Source: Eledone cirrhosa (lineage: Eukaryota). Taken from it: a DNA stretch of 64,000 bases. Under the pieces are notes generated by a model that saw only the letters and a program-made list of their open reading frames with translations, was not told the DNA's origin and did no database searches. Of this stretch, positions 29,801 to 41,180 are shown one piece after another (within the stretch, counting starts at the first letter, position 1; every line of letters starts with the position of its first letter). The DNA lies in assembly GCA_964016885.1 (NCBI GenBank), contig OZ024740.1, positions 133,610,001-133,674,000 on the forward strand, in the 5' to 3' direction. The position numbers and the translations under genes are program-made.

Positions 29801-32261
29801 ATTAGGTAAATATAGCTACCATGTATGACATTCTTTAGGTCTTTATAGCTAGCATGTATGGCATTCTTTAGATCTTTATAGCTAACATGTATGACATTCT
29901 TTATGTCTTTATAGCTAACATTTATGACATTCTTTAGGTCTTTATAGCTAACATGTATGACATTCTTTAGGTCTTTATAGCTAGAATGTATGACATTCTT
30001 TAGGTCTTTATAGCTAACATGTATGACATTCTTTAGGTCTCTATAGTTAGTATGTATGACATTCTTTAGGTATTTATATCTAACATGTATGACATTCTTT
30101 AGATGTCTGTAGCTAGCATGTATGAATTTCGCTAGCTCTTTATAGCTAACATGAATGACATTCTTTAGGTCTATATAGCTAAAATGTATGACATTCTTTA
30201 GGGCTTTATAGCTAGTATGTATGGCATTCTTTAGGTCTAAATAGCTAACATATATGACTTTCTGTAGGTCTATATAGCTAGCATTTATGACATTCTGCAG
30301 GTCTATATAGCTAACATGTATGACATTCTTTAGGTCTATATAGCTAGCATGTAAGACATTCTGTAGGTCGATATATCTAGCATATATGACATTTTTTAGG
30401 TCTATATAGCTAGCATGTATGACATTCTTTAGGATTTTATAACTAGCATGTATGACATTATTTAGGTCTTTATAGCTGGCATGTATGACATTCTTATGGT
30501 CGTTATAGCTAGTATGTATGACATTCTTTAGGTCGAAATAGCTAACATGTATGACATTCTGTAGGTATTTATAGCTAGTATGTATGACATTCTTTAGATC
30601 TTTATAGCTAGCATGTATGACATTCTTTAGGTCTATGTAGCTAACATGTATGACATTCTTTAGGTATTTATAGCTAGTATGTATGACATTCTTTAGGTCT
30701 TAATAGCTGGTATGTACGACATTGTTTAGGTCTTTATAGCTAACGTGTATGACAATCTTTATGTCTATATAGCTAACATGTATGACATTCATTACGTCTA
30801 TATAGCTAACATGTATGACCTTCTTTACATCTATATAGTTAACATGTATAACATTCCTTAGGTCTATATAGCTAACATGTATGACATCCTTTAGGTCTTT
30901 ATAGCTAGCATGTATGACATTCTTTAGGTATTTATAGCTAGCATGTATGACAATCTTTAGGTCTATATAGCTAACATGTATGACATCCTTTAGGTCTTTA
31001 TAGCTAGCATGTATGACATTCTTTAGGTCTATATAGCTAACATGTATGACATCCTTTAGGTCTTCATAGCTAACATGTTTGACATTCTTTAGGTCTATAT
31101 AGCTAGCATGTAAGACATTCTTTAGGTTATATAGCTAGTGTGTATGACATTCTTTAGGTCTATGTAGCTAGCATGTATGACATTCATTAGGTAAATATAG
31201 CTAGCATGTGTGACATTCTTTAGGTCTTTATAGCTAACATTTATGACATTCTTTAGGTCTTTATAGTTAACATGTATGACATTCTTTACGTCTTTATAGC
31301 TAGAATGTATGACATTCTTTAGATCTCTATAGCTAGCATGTATGCCGTTATTTAGGTCTTTATGGCTAACATGTATGACATTCTTTAGGTCTTTATAGCT
31401 AACATGTATAACATTCTTTAAGTCTTTATAGCTAACATGTATAACATTTTTTAAGTCTTTATAGCTAACATGTATAACATGTAAAACATTCTTTAAGTCT
31501 TTATAGCTAGCATGTACGACATTCTTTAGGTCTAAATTGCTAACATATATGACTTTCTGTAGGTCTATATAGCTAGCATTTATGACATTCTGCAGGTCTA
31601 TATAGCTAACATGTATGACATTCTTTAGGTCTATATAGCTAGCATGTAAGACATTCTGTAGGTCGATATATCTAGCATATATGACATTTTTTAGGTCTAT
31701 ATAGCTAGCATGTATGACATTCTTTAGGATTTTATAACTAGCATGTATGACATTATTTAGGTCTTTATAGCTGGCATGTATGACATTCTTATGGTCGTTA
31801 TAGCTAGTATGTATGACATTCTTTAGGTCGAAATAGCTAACATGTATGACATTCTGTAGGTCTATATAGCTAACATGTATGACATTCTGTAGGTATTTAT
31901 AGCTGGTATGTACGACATTGTTTAGGTCTTTATAGCTAACATGTATGACAATCTTTAGGTCTATATAGCTAACATGTATGACATTCATTACGTCTATATA
32001 GCTAACATGTATGACCTTCTTTACATCTATATAGTTAACATGTATGACAATCTTTAGGTCTATATAGCTAACATGTATGACATCCTTTAGGTCTTTATAG
32101 CTAGCATGTATGACATTCTTTAGGTCTATATAGCTAACATGTATGACATCCTTTAGGTCTTCATAGCTAGCATGTATGACAATCTTTAGGTCTTTATAGC
32201 TAGCATGTATGACATTCTTTAGGTCTATATAGCTAACATGTATGACATTCTTTAGGTATTT
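8831..32261. repeat. 33-bp minisatellite array, about 23.4 kb and roughly 700 copies; consensus TATAGCTAGCATGTATGACATTCTTTAGGTCTT
   Basis: Continuous 33-bp periodicity. Variants are concentrated at a few positions, with occasional 32-bp or deleted units. The minus strand translates as KNVIHASYKDL-like repeats broken by stops and frameshifts. Confidence 0.98.
9065..9252 (+). mobile_element. tRNA-derived SINE with Nin/Deu-like central domain (octopod type), full length, 19-bp TSD
   Basis: A-box-like tggcagtatcgg, B box gagttcaaatcc, core gcctttcatccttacggggtcgataaaataaagtaccag. TSD attatttagtcctttatag at 9046-9064 and 9250-9268. Confidence 0.92.
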
Positions 32262-33101
32262 CATGTTAAAATACGTTTCAATGATTGTTGTTCTTGTGTG
32301 GCAGCACTAAGGGAACCTCACTACTTATATTTTAAGAAGACTATGCTTTTGAAGGCAACAATTCATTTGTTTGTTTTTTTGGGGGGCGGAGGCATTAGGA
32401 TGGGGTTTGTTTTTTAATAAATGTTTATGTTCTTAATGCTCATGATGGCAATATCCTTCCTCGTCGCCAATTTATGTTTTAGTTGCCGTTAGTCACCTTA
32501 TTTGTTATAATATTTCTTTATCTCAAGTTAAAATTGAATTCGATCAGTTTTGATTTACCTGATTATATTTCTTGTTCTTTCTTTTTTTTTTTTTTTCTCA
32601 CTTTTTTAAATGTTTCTGACTATTTTATTTGAGCAATTTATAAAACATCAGCCGTTGGGTTTCGAGTAGAAACTGTTTATTTTTCTAGGTTTTTCATGGT
32701 TTCAAATAATCTGACCTTCAACTTACTTGAAATGGATATTTTTTCCCCCTGAAAGCGAAAGGGATGGTGACGAGTGGGGGCACCCTCGGAATGTCGAACT
32801 CTTTGAATATTCTGTGGTGGGAATCTTTTTACCTTTTTGGGTTTTCTTTTTTTTTTGTTCAACGAATCTGACATCCAACTCGGAAATGACAGTTTTTCTT
32901 TTTTTTTTGTCAACGGAGTGAGTGCGGGAGGGGGGCAGAAACAACAAAGTTTTCTTTTCAAAGGTTAGTTTAGTTGGTGAGAATTATTTTCCTGTGTTTT
33001 TTTTTTGTTTGTTTTTTTTTTTTTCGTGTGTCTTTAATGAATCTAACCTCAAACTCCTTCAGAAATTAACGATTAAATGGAAGGTGTAAGATCATGTACA
33101 T

Positions 33102-33285
33102 TGGATTGGCCGTATCGGTGAGGGTCGGACGCCATGCTTTGACGCATAGAGTTACGGCTCTTGCCATTCTGAGTTCAAATCCCACCGAGGTTAACTTTGC
33201 CTTTCATCCTTACGGGGTCAATAAAATAAAGTACCAGTAATGCTCTGGATAATTGCTGGCCTTGTGCCAAAAGTAGAAACAATTA
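33102..33285 (+). mobile_element. SINE, same family as 9065
   Basis: Collinear with 9065-9252 and ends agtagaaacaatta. Confidence 0.9.
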
Positions 33286-33788
33286 TATATGTATGTCCAT
33301 CTATCTCTCTACCAAATCCTTACGCATACGGTAAATACTGATGTAATTCAATTCAAGAACTCAACATACATGATGTTCTTGAAGCGTACATGATGTCCTT
33401 GTGAGCCCCGATTCAACACCACAGGTTTGCGCAAGCGCAAATGTGGAAGGTGTAGACTAACTAACTGAATACTACCCCAAACAAAGTAAACTAGCTTATG
33501 GAGGTTCCACCCCCACCTTCGTCCAACGGTCACAGGGTTCATGCCAGCCAGTTACGGTGCGACCACTGTTAGTATATTGACTAAGCATCCGTACTAGCGG
33601 AGGAGTATGACTTTAAATAGATTTAATACTACTCCTACAAATTATGCTTGGGCAATAGAATTGACCATCCCCCGCAAACAGAATTTTATTCTAGTTCTAG
33701 AAATTATGTTTTCACAATAGAAATTATAATTGGCAATAACATTGAAAATTAGAAATTAAAAGTTAAAATCCTGATTGAAGTAAATAAT

Positions 33789-33975
33789 TGTTTCTACTTT
33801 TGGCACAAGGCCAGCAATTAACCCAGTGTATTACTGGTACTTTATTTTATCGACCCCGTCAGGATGAAAGGCAAAGTTAACCTCGGCGGGATTTGAACTC
33901 AGAATGACAAGGGCCGTAACTCTATGCGTCAAAGCATGGCGTCCAACCCTCTACCGATTCTGCCAATCCACCGCC
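33789..33975 (-). mobile_element. SINE, same family, full length, 19-bp TSD
   Basis: Reverse complement of the 9065 element. TSD cctgattgaagtaaataat at 33770-33788 and 33974-33992. Confidence 0.93.
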
Positions 33976-34572
33976 TGATTGAAGTAAATAATGAATATAA
34001 CCTAAAGTATGGAACGTGACAATTTAAACAAACAACTAGTTAATATCATTTTCATGAATTAACAATAGTGAGAGAGTAACAATACATAGCGAGAGATGAA
34101 AAGAAAATATATGTAAAATCAAGGTTAATACGTATATATATTATGCTTTTGGTTATGTGTATACGGGAGTTTTGCGTCTGTGTGAGTATGCGGGTTCGTA
34201 CGTATGTTGGGTGTGTGTATTTGTGTACTTCATGTTTTGGTTGACGTATGTCCCCGAGCATTTGTGTATTTACATGTAGGTATGTGTGTGCGCTTGTTAT
34301 ATACGTATTTATTTATTTATATACGTTTATTTAATTACTTATTTATGTGTATACACGCACACACACAAATATTTATATGTGCGTGGTTTTGTGTACCTAT
34401 GGCGAGTGTTTTCGCGTATGCTTGTGTATGTACGTATTTAGATGCGTGTATGTATTTATTTAATATCAATTACCTCTGTATTGTATTTTATTTACTTTAT
34501 TCTTAACTCTGAAGCGGAGAATCATTCGGTTTCCTAGTTAGAATGTTAGTCTACGACTTCAGCTATACCATT

Positions 34573-34812
34573 TACGTGGTTTTGTCTTTGCGTGCAATTG
34601 TTCTCCACGCTCCATATATGACGTATTATCTTTGTTTGTTCCGTTCATTGCCAGACAACGTCTCTATGAACCACCTAAGAGAAAATTAGTGTACAACTTC
34701 TTTTATACCATAAACGTGGTTCTGTCTTTGCGTGTAATTGTTTTTCACCGCTCCTATTAATGACGTATTATATTCGTTTTTTCCCGTTCTTTGCCAGGGA
34801 ACGTTTCCACGA
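34573..34812. repeat. Diverged ~140-bp-period direct duplication
   Basis: acgtggtt(t/c)tgtctttgcgtg...atgacgtattat...ccgttc(a/t)ttgccag occurs at about 34574 and 34713. Confidence 0.75.
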
Positions 34813-34902
34813 AACAAAGTATCGTCTTCCTGTCTTCCTCCGGTTACAACGTTTTTTGAAATATCCACTTCTTCGTTTACAGATTGAAACTTTAATCTGT
34901 TA

Positions 34903-34971
<69 letters not shown>

Positions 34972-34975
<4 letters not shown>

Positions 34976-35244
34976 GACGTAAATAAGAAAGTTATGAAAA
35001 TTGACTTACGTACTAAAATTTCAAGTAAGTCAATTTTCATAACTTTCTTATTTACGTCTTTCATATAATTGTTCTGCATTCCCCTGCATAGAACCACAAA
35101 GTTACTAAGACAAAACATATATATCTACTAGCATAGGTATGCATCGGTATACATATGTCGGTAGATATATTAATTCTTTATATATATATATATATATATA
35201 AAGAATTAATATATCTACCGACATATGTATACCGATGCATACCT
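34972..35244. mobile_element. Family D pLTR-like fragment with two nested inverted duplications
   Basis: 34972-35009 is inverted to 35025-35063, and 35135-35180 is inverted to 35200-35244 across (TA)n. 35025-35180 is the reverse complement of about 62760-62915. Confidence 0.7.
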
Positions 35245-35460
35245 TTTTTTGATGCATGTTTTTTGAAATATCCAGTTCTGCGTTTACAGATTGACTTTGT
35301 TAGTTTCAGAAGATCCCGTTAAGGGTGAAAGCAGCGATTCTTTCCTTAAACTTTAATCTGTTATTTTAATAAATATTTGCTCTACGGTTCTTATATATTT
35401 GATATATATTTTCCTTATCGAGCCCTCTTTGGATTTTAGTCTTCAATTTTATTATTATTG

Positions 35461-35515
<55 letters not shown>

Positions 35516-35649
35516 AGTATGTATGTATGTATACGTACGTACATATATGTATACATACGTAGAGTAGTATGTATATATATATATACATACATGCACACAT
35601 ATATATATATATATATGCACGTATCGGTTTATCGAACATTCATTATAAT

Positions 35650-35737
35650 TGTTTCTACTTTTGGCACAAGGCCAGCAATTATCAATGCATTACTGGTACT
35701 TTATTCTATCGACCCCGAAAGGATGAAAGGCAAAGTT
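35650..35737 (-). mobile_element. 5'-truncated SINE inserted into family E, 8-bp TSD
   Basis: 3' half of the 9065 SINE. attataat is duplicated at 35642-35649 and 35738-35745, while the paralogous empty site (36113-36120) has a single attataat. Confidence 0.9.
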
Positions 35738-35773
35738 ATTATAATGCTCGCTTTGTTCAACACTGACACAGAA

Positions 35774-35816
35774 ACGATGTACTAGTTTCAAGATTATTAG
35801 CTATCGTCAGCATCGT
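35774..35816 (-). ncRNA. Minimal type I hammerhead ribozyme
   Basis: Minus strand: acgatg-CTGACGA-tagctaataatctt-GAAA-ctag-TA-catcgt. Perfect 6-bp stem I, palindromic CTAG in stem III, GUA cleavage triplet; stem II is weak. Confidence 0.8.
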
Positions 35817-36217
35817 ATACCTTCCTGCCAGATGGTTGAACGTCTGAAAGTATATACTTTTCTTATGCATATTAACGGCTGAGCAGCCTAATTTGCATAT
35901 CGAGTGAGTTCAATCGGCCGGGCACACCGAAAACGATAAATAGAATAGAATGAAACGAAATTTCATTTCTCACTCTTAACACGGCACTTACTTAAATGTA
36001 AGTATGTATGTATACGTACATACATATATGTATACAGACGTACAGTAGTATGTATATATATACATACATGCACACACATATATATATGCACGTATCGGTT
36101 TACCGAACATTTATTATAATGCTCGGTTTGTTTGTTTGTAAACAAACAAAGAGCCCGAATTACGCCGTACAGTGTTTAGGCAACCACGTCATCTTTTTGT
36201 TCAACACTGACACAGGA

Positions 36218-36260
36218 ACGATGTACTAGTTTCAAGGTTATTAGCTATCGTCAGCATCGT
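36218..36260 (-). ncRNA. Minimal type I hammerhead ribozyme, second copy
   Basis: Minus strand: acgatg-CTGACGA-tagctaataacctt-GAAA-ctag-TA-catcgt, 444 bp from the first copy. Confidence 0.8.
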
Positions 36261-36959
36261 ATACCATAATAAATGTTCGGTAAACCGATACGTGCACATA
36301 TATATATGTGCATGTATGTATATATATACATACTACTGTACGTCTGTATACATATACGTATGTACGTATAGATACATACATACTTACATTCAAGTAAGTG
36401 CCGTACTAAGAGTGAGAAATGAAATGAAATTTCGTTTCATTCTATTCCATTTATATATATATATATATATATATACACGCACATGTATATCGAGATGGAA
36501 ATGGTGAATACAGTGATTTCTATTACATTCACAATCTAGTGGGAAAACCCAGTCTACTTTGTCTTTGTAATGTGGATATAAAATCCATTGTCAGATCACT
36601 GTCGGATTGATTGAGGAGGCGGTGGGGGGGGGGGGGGGCTCAGAGCCTCAATGTGAAATGCAGGAAAAACAAGGGGTTTTATGTTGTATTTTTGTCCGCT
36701 TATTTATCCATTCGAAAGTTTGTTCATAATTTTAAATTCATCCAGTGGTAGGGGTATCCAACAAGTCCAACTAGTCCCACAAGTAGGAATTTCGGGATGT
36801 ATCTGATAGCTGGTGCCTCCACTTCTTTGTATATATATCAGTTACACCACAAAGAGCTTAACTTTTAGGCGCAAATTCAGACGGCAAATATATATGTAAT
36901 TCAATTCAAGAACTCAACGTACATTTATCCACATGGAAATGACGGAGTATTTTTAGCAT

Positions 36960-39430
36960 TTTTAGAACTATGTCGTAAGCAAATTCTGATATCTTTGTAG
37001 CCTTAAGTCTCCTGCTCTGGGCCAGTGCTACAGTAAAGTCAGAGTCATGGTGGTTTTCCAGCGCAAGGCACATACCATAGTCCACTACGATGATAAAAAG
37101 ATAGAGAACCAATGTGTTTCCCTCGAGCCCTCCAGCCCTCCAGCCGGTATCTCAAAGAATCCCGTCAGGTGTAATGATTTGGGCTTTGGTGTTGGTGTAG
37201 AGGAATGATATCAGATCCACTAACTTGTTGAGGATTCCATAAGCCTATAAGATCTTCGTCAGGCAGTGACGGTCCACAAAATCAATGGCCTTCCTAAAGT
37301 CAATGAAAACTATCACAACAAGAAGGCTCTTTGCTCTAGGTCACTCTAATATCATGCTCAGCATCAGGATGTGACTGGTGGTTGATCTTCGCTCTCTGAA
37401 GCTGTTCTGGTTGTCCCTGGGCTTCTTTTCTATCTCGGGCTGGATCCTGTTAAGAATCATCCTGCTGAGGGTCTTTGCCACAATTGACGTCAGTGAGATC
37501 CCCCTGTAGTAGTTGGTGTTAGCGAGATCTCCCTTATTTAGCACTGGGACGATGTTATTGATCCTCCAAAGATTCGGGGCAACTCCTTCCTTTTGTGTCT
37601 GGTTACAGAACTTCAGGATGATATCATCAAAATCACACCTTTTCATCACTTCTAATGCCACTGCATCTTCTCCATGGGCTTTTGCCTCCTTGATCTTCTT
37701 AGCTCTCTGATGCTCCTCTCTGGTGAAAGGTCCTGTCTCAATATCCAGTTCATCAGACAGCTGCCTGATCTCCCCAGTGTTCTGGGCTGTAGAAGGCGAC
37801 TCTCCTAGTAGGTTCCTAAAATGGTCCAGCCATTTCTCTTCCTATCCTCAGGCCTTGATCCCTGAAACTGACTCGAAATCCCTCTCTTCCTCCCTAACAT
37901 CTCGTTCATGATCATCCAGCTCTCTTTATACCTAGACCTGACGACCGCTCTCTCTACACTTCTGATCTTTTCTTTCAGCGTCTCCTCTCTGGTATCTGTA
38001 ACCGGTACAGAATTCTTCCTTCATCGCCTCCATATTCTCCGTCTTCTCCTCTGTAGGATCAGCATAGAATTGGTCCTTGGCACCTTCCCGGTTTTCTATG
38101 GCTGCACAAACCTTTGGATCTGCAGAGCTGACGTCCCTCCTCTTCTTCTCCCTCCTTGCCACCAGGGCCTCACTTGCTTCTGCCACTGCAGTGGTGAAGT
38201 ACCCATACCTCCTCGTGACACCCTCCTCAGTCCCTCCAATCTCTCTCATCCGACTCTCCGCACAGAGCACTGAAGCTGTTCCTCACTTCTACTGCGTACC
38301 ACTCCTGTAACTTATCATCTTCCTTGAAAGCTCCCCAGTCATAAATTGTTCTCTGGGGCTGAGCCTTACTCTTTCTTAAGCTCACTGAAGTAATTTTATG
38401 GTTATGTGTTCAGAACACTATTCCGCCACTTCTTCCTCACCAAAATGAAATCAATCTGGGACTTGGACAAGTGCATATCAGAGATATACGTCCACGTCTT
38501 CCCCGGATTCTTCCTAAACCTTAGGTTCGTTGCGATCCAGTTCGCCCCTGCAGGATGTCCCTCAGTAGTCTCCCATTTCGGTTGGTGTAGTTATGGAAGT
38601 ACCGGCAAGGATGTTTACTGCTCTTCTTACTCAAATGGGCATTGGAGTCACCCATAATCAGCAGGATATAATGAGCTGGTGTGCTGTTGACAGTTCTACA
38701 CACTTCCTCATGGAACTACTCTGCACGCATATCATTGTCCCCCTTGGTCGGACTATAGGCTGAGATGACTGTCAGCCTTGGGTTTTCATTGAAGGTCACC
38801 CTCAACACTCGCAGTGAGAAGACAGGTATGATTTCCCTCTTGTACTGAACACAAAACCCACTCCTCCTACTGCAGCATTATGTGTGTTCCTCACTGTTGA
38901 TGTGGTGATGAGTTGGCTCCTCTTTCCAATCATCACTCCTCACGGGCTCATCATGTAGCATCCTGTGTTCATGGATCGCAAGTATCTGTATACCACTCTC
39001 CTCGAACAGATGACCCAACTTCTCTCTCTCTTCTCCAAACGTCCGAACAGTCCTCACATTCAGAGTACCGATTTTAATGTCTCTTCTGCAGGACACAATT
39101 CTTTAAATTTGTCTCAGAGACAGCTAATCCATCATAAACTGTCCCTCCCTGTTGCTCTATACCAGCAGAGTCTTAACGACCAGACTGTTCCTTGACAGTG
39201 TAGTAAGGGGCTCTAACCCAAGTGCTGTTAAATATACTCTCCATGGTACTTTTCAATGGCTGATAATACCTTACTGGCGCCAAGCGCCATAAATGTAGCC
39301 CTAACATATACTACTTCTCTGGGCCAGAGCAGATCTGGGTGTGATAACAACTAAGGGGTAAATCCACATTACCCACAGCCCCTGAACTGGAGCCTTGCCA
39401 CTGGATGAAGTTTGATGTCATACGCAGGGC
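36960..39430 (-). mobile_element. Degraded RTE-clade LINE (5' region, AP endonuclease, RT; 3' part missing)
   Basis: IKIGTLNVRT, LAIHEHR and IMGDSNAH (APE); NIVPVLNKGDLANTNYYRGISLTSIVAK, DNQNSFRERRSTTSHI, YLFIIVVDY and EFAYDI as degenerate FADD (RT). Many stops and frameshifts. Confidence 0.88.
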
Positions 39431-39984
39431 TATAAATATTTTATAGACCAGCAGAAAAACCACTCTAAGGGTGGTTTTCTGCTAGCATGTGTAGTGTACA
39501 TATTGATATTATACGCAAGTATATATACAAGTAGATATGATCAAATAAATTCGCAATTGATAATATACACAGAAATTGAACGAAGACTGCGTTACACTGT
39601 CTTGTGTTATCAGTAACGTAATCCATGATACATTAAGAAAAGACGATATTATATATAAACTGCATTAGGAGAAAATTAGTGACGGAAATATATGAATATT
39701 TATTTAAGCGATCGCTAACCGGAAGTGTTGACATTTGAAAATTTTAAAGAAGTGGATTTTTAAATAAACAATAAAATATATTTAATCAACAGCTACGAAA
39801 CTTAGGAGATAAATTATGTAATATTCATTCATTATTTATTCAAAGTAATCCAATTTATTTTACTAATGCAATACAAAATTATAAACCGTACGCAGTCCCG
39901 CGCTCCTTACTTTATTATAGTTTAGATATATTATAGATATATAAGTATATTTTACATATATAGTTATAAATACATTATGTATTA

Positions 39985-40228
<244 letters not shown>

Positions 40229-40244
40229 TCTCTGTGAATGTATG

Positions 40245-40387
40245 TGTTCAACCGGGGATAACCACAGAAAGTAAGATACTCTATACATTAGTAGTATGTA
40301 AACATAATGTTTAATATGGCAATGGCTTCTACAGGACTACAACTGGTTCATTCAAAAGAAATCATCTGGAAAGCCATTCCTATGTCA

Positions 40388-40395
<8 letters not shown>
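40245..40395. mobile_element. Family B pLTR derivative with degenerate hammerhead core on the minus strand
   Basis: Homologous to 5733-5868. Minus strand reads CAGATGA-tttcttttgaat-GAAC-cagt-TG-tagtcc (mutated core). A short right arm ends on (AT)n. Confidence 0.55.
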
Positions 40396-40452
<57 letters not shown>

Positions 40453-40842
40453 GAAGTTATATTTAATTTGTTGGGGTTCTAACAACTTAAAGTTTATAAC
40501 TGATATAGAGCACTCAACAGTTTACTGGAGTAAATATTCAATATATTAATAAATGGAAACTATATTCATAAAACCATAATTATTTTATTATATATATTTC
40601 AAGGTCAACCAATGCAGCCTTGGTGCGCTTTCATCAGACGAAATACAAAATTTGTTTTATAAATAGTGACATAACCGTGGAAAACAACCTTGGATCTTGA
40701 AGTCTTAGGTCGTGCTTTTGTTTCGTGTATAAACATTAATAAATAATATATAATATATCAGCTCTCAAACCTGATTGAACACTTTTTCCCTTTTTCCTAC
40801 CTATGCATATTTAATGCACATCCACACATACATATGCATGTG

Positions 40843-40943
<101 letters not shown>

Positions 40944-41122
40944 ATATATATAGAGAGAGAGCGAGTGAGAGAGAGATGATGTGATAGATAGATAGAGAGA
41001 TAGATTCTTCGGTGCTGAGACCGAGAAACCACTAAGCATAGGGAGTACTCAATGCATGGAGAGGTCTAGAGTGATTAACGAGATAGATAAAAACCTGACC
41101 GTTTGGCACCGCAGTCAGGATT

Positions 41123-41180
<58 letters not shown>

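Larger units (their letters stand above)
35512..36450 (-). mobile_element. Non-coding hammerhead-bearing element, family E (partial tandem plus inverted copy; retrozyme or PLE-like)
   Basis: Direct repeat 35512-35821 ~ 35997-36265. Inverted repeat 35943-36118 / 36266-36447. (TA)n at both ends, two hammerhead cores, no credible ORF. Confidence 0.75.

Noticed and set aside
8831-32261. CRISPR-like array
   Set aside because: Monomers are contiguous with no unique spacers, there are no cas genes, and the context is eukaryotic.
9235-32264. Long 11-aa-repeat ORFs (KNVIHASYKDL) as a real protein
   Set aside because: A by-product of a 33-bp monomer with a stop-free frame. In-frame stops (for example 14060 and 14480) and 32-bp frameshift units recur, and there are no unique termini.
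35307-35340. CAGAAGA-tcccgttaagggt-GAAA hammerhead-like motif
   Set aside because: Core substitution, no cleavage triplet and no stem I.
39290-39483. HDV-like ribozyme at the RTE 5' end, or Helitron 3' hairpin plus CTAG at 39450-39485
   Set aside because: I could not fold a nested double pseudoknot by eye. The hairpin overlaps CTAG without the usual spacing, and no Helitron 5' end was found.
40590-40642. Minus-strand CTGATGA...GAAA-tata-TA
   Set aside because: Stem I does not pair, stem II is only 3 bp, and no related copy is present in the window.
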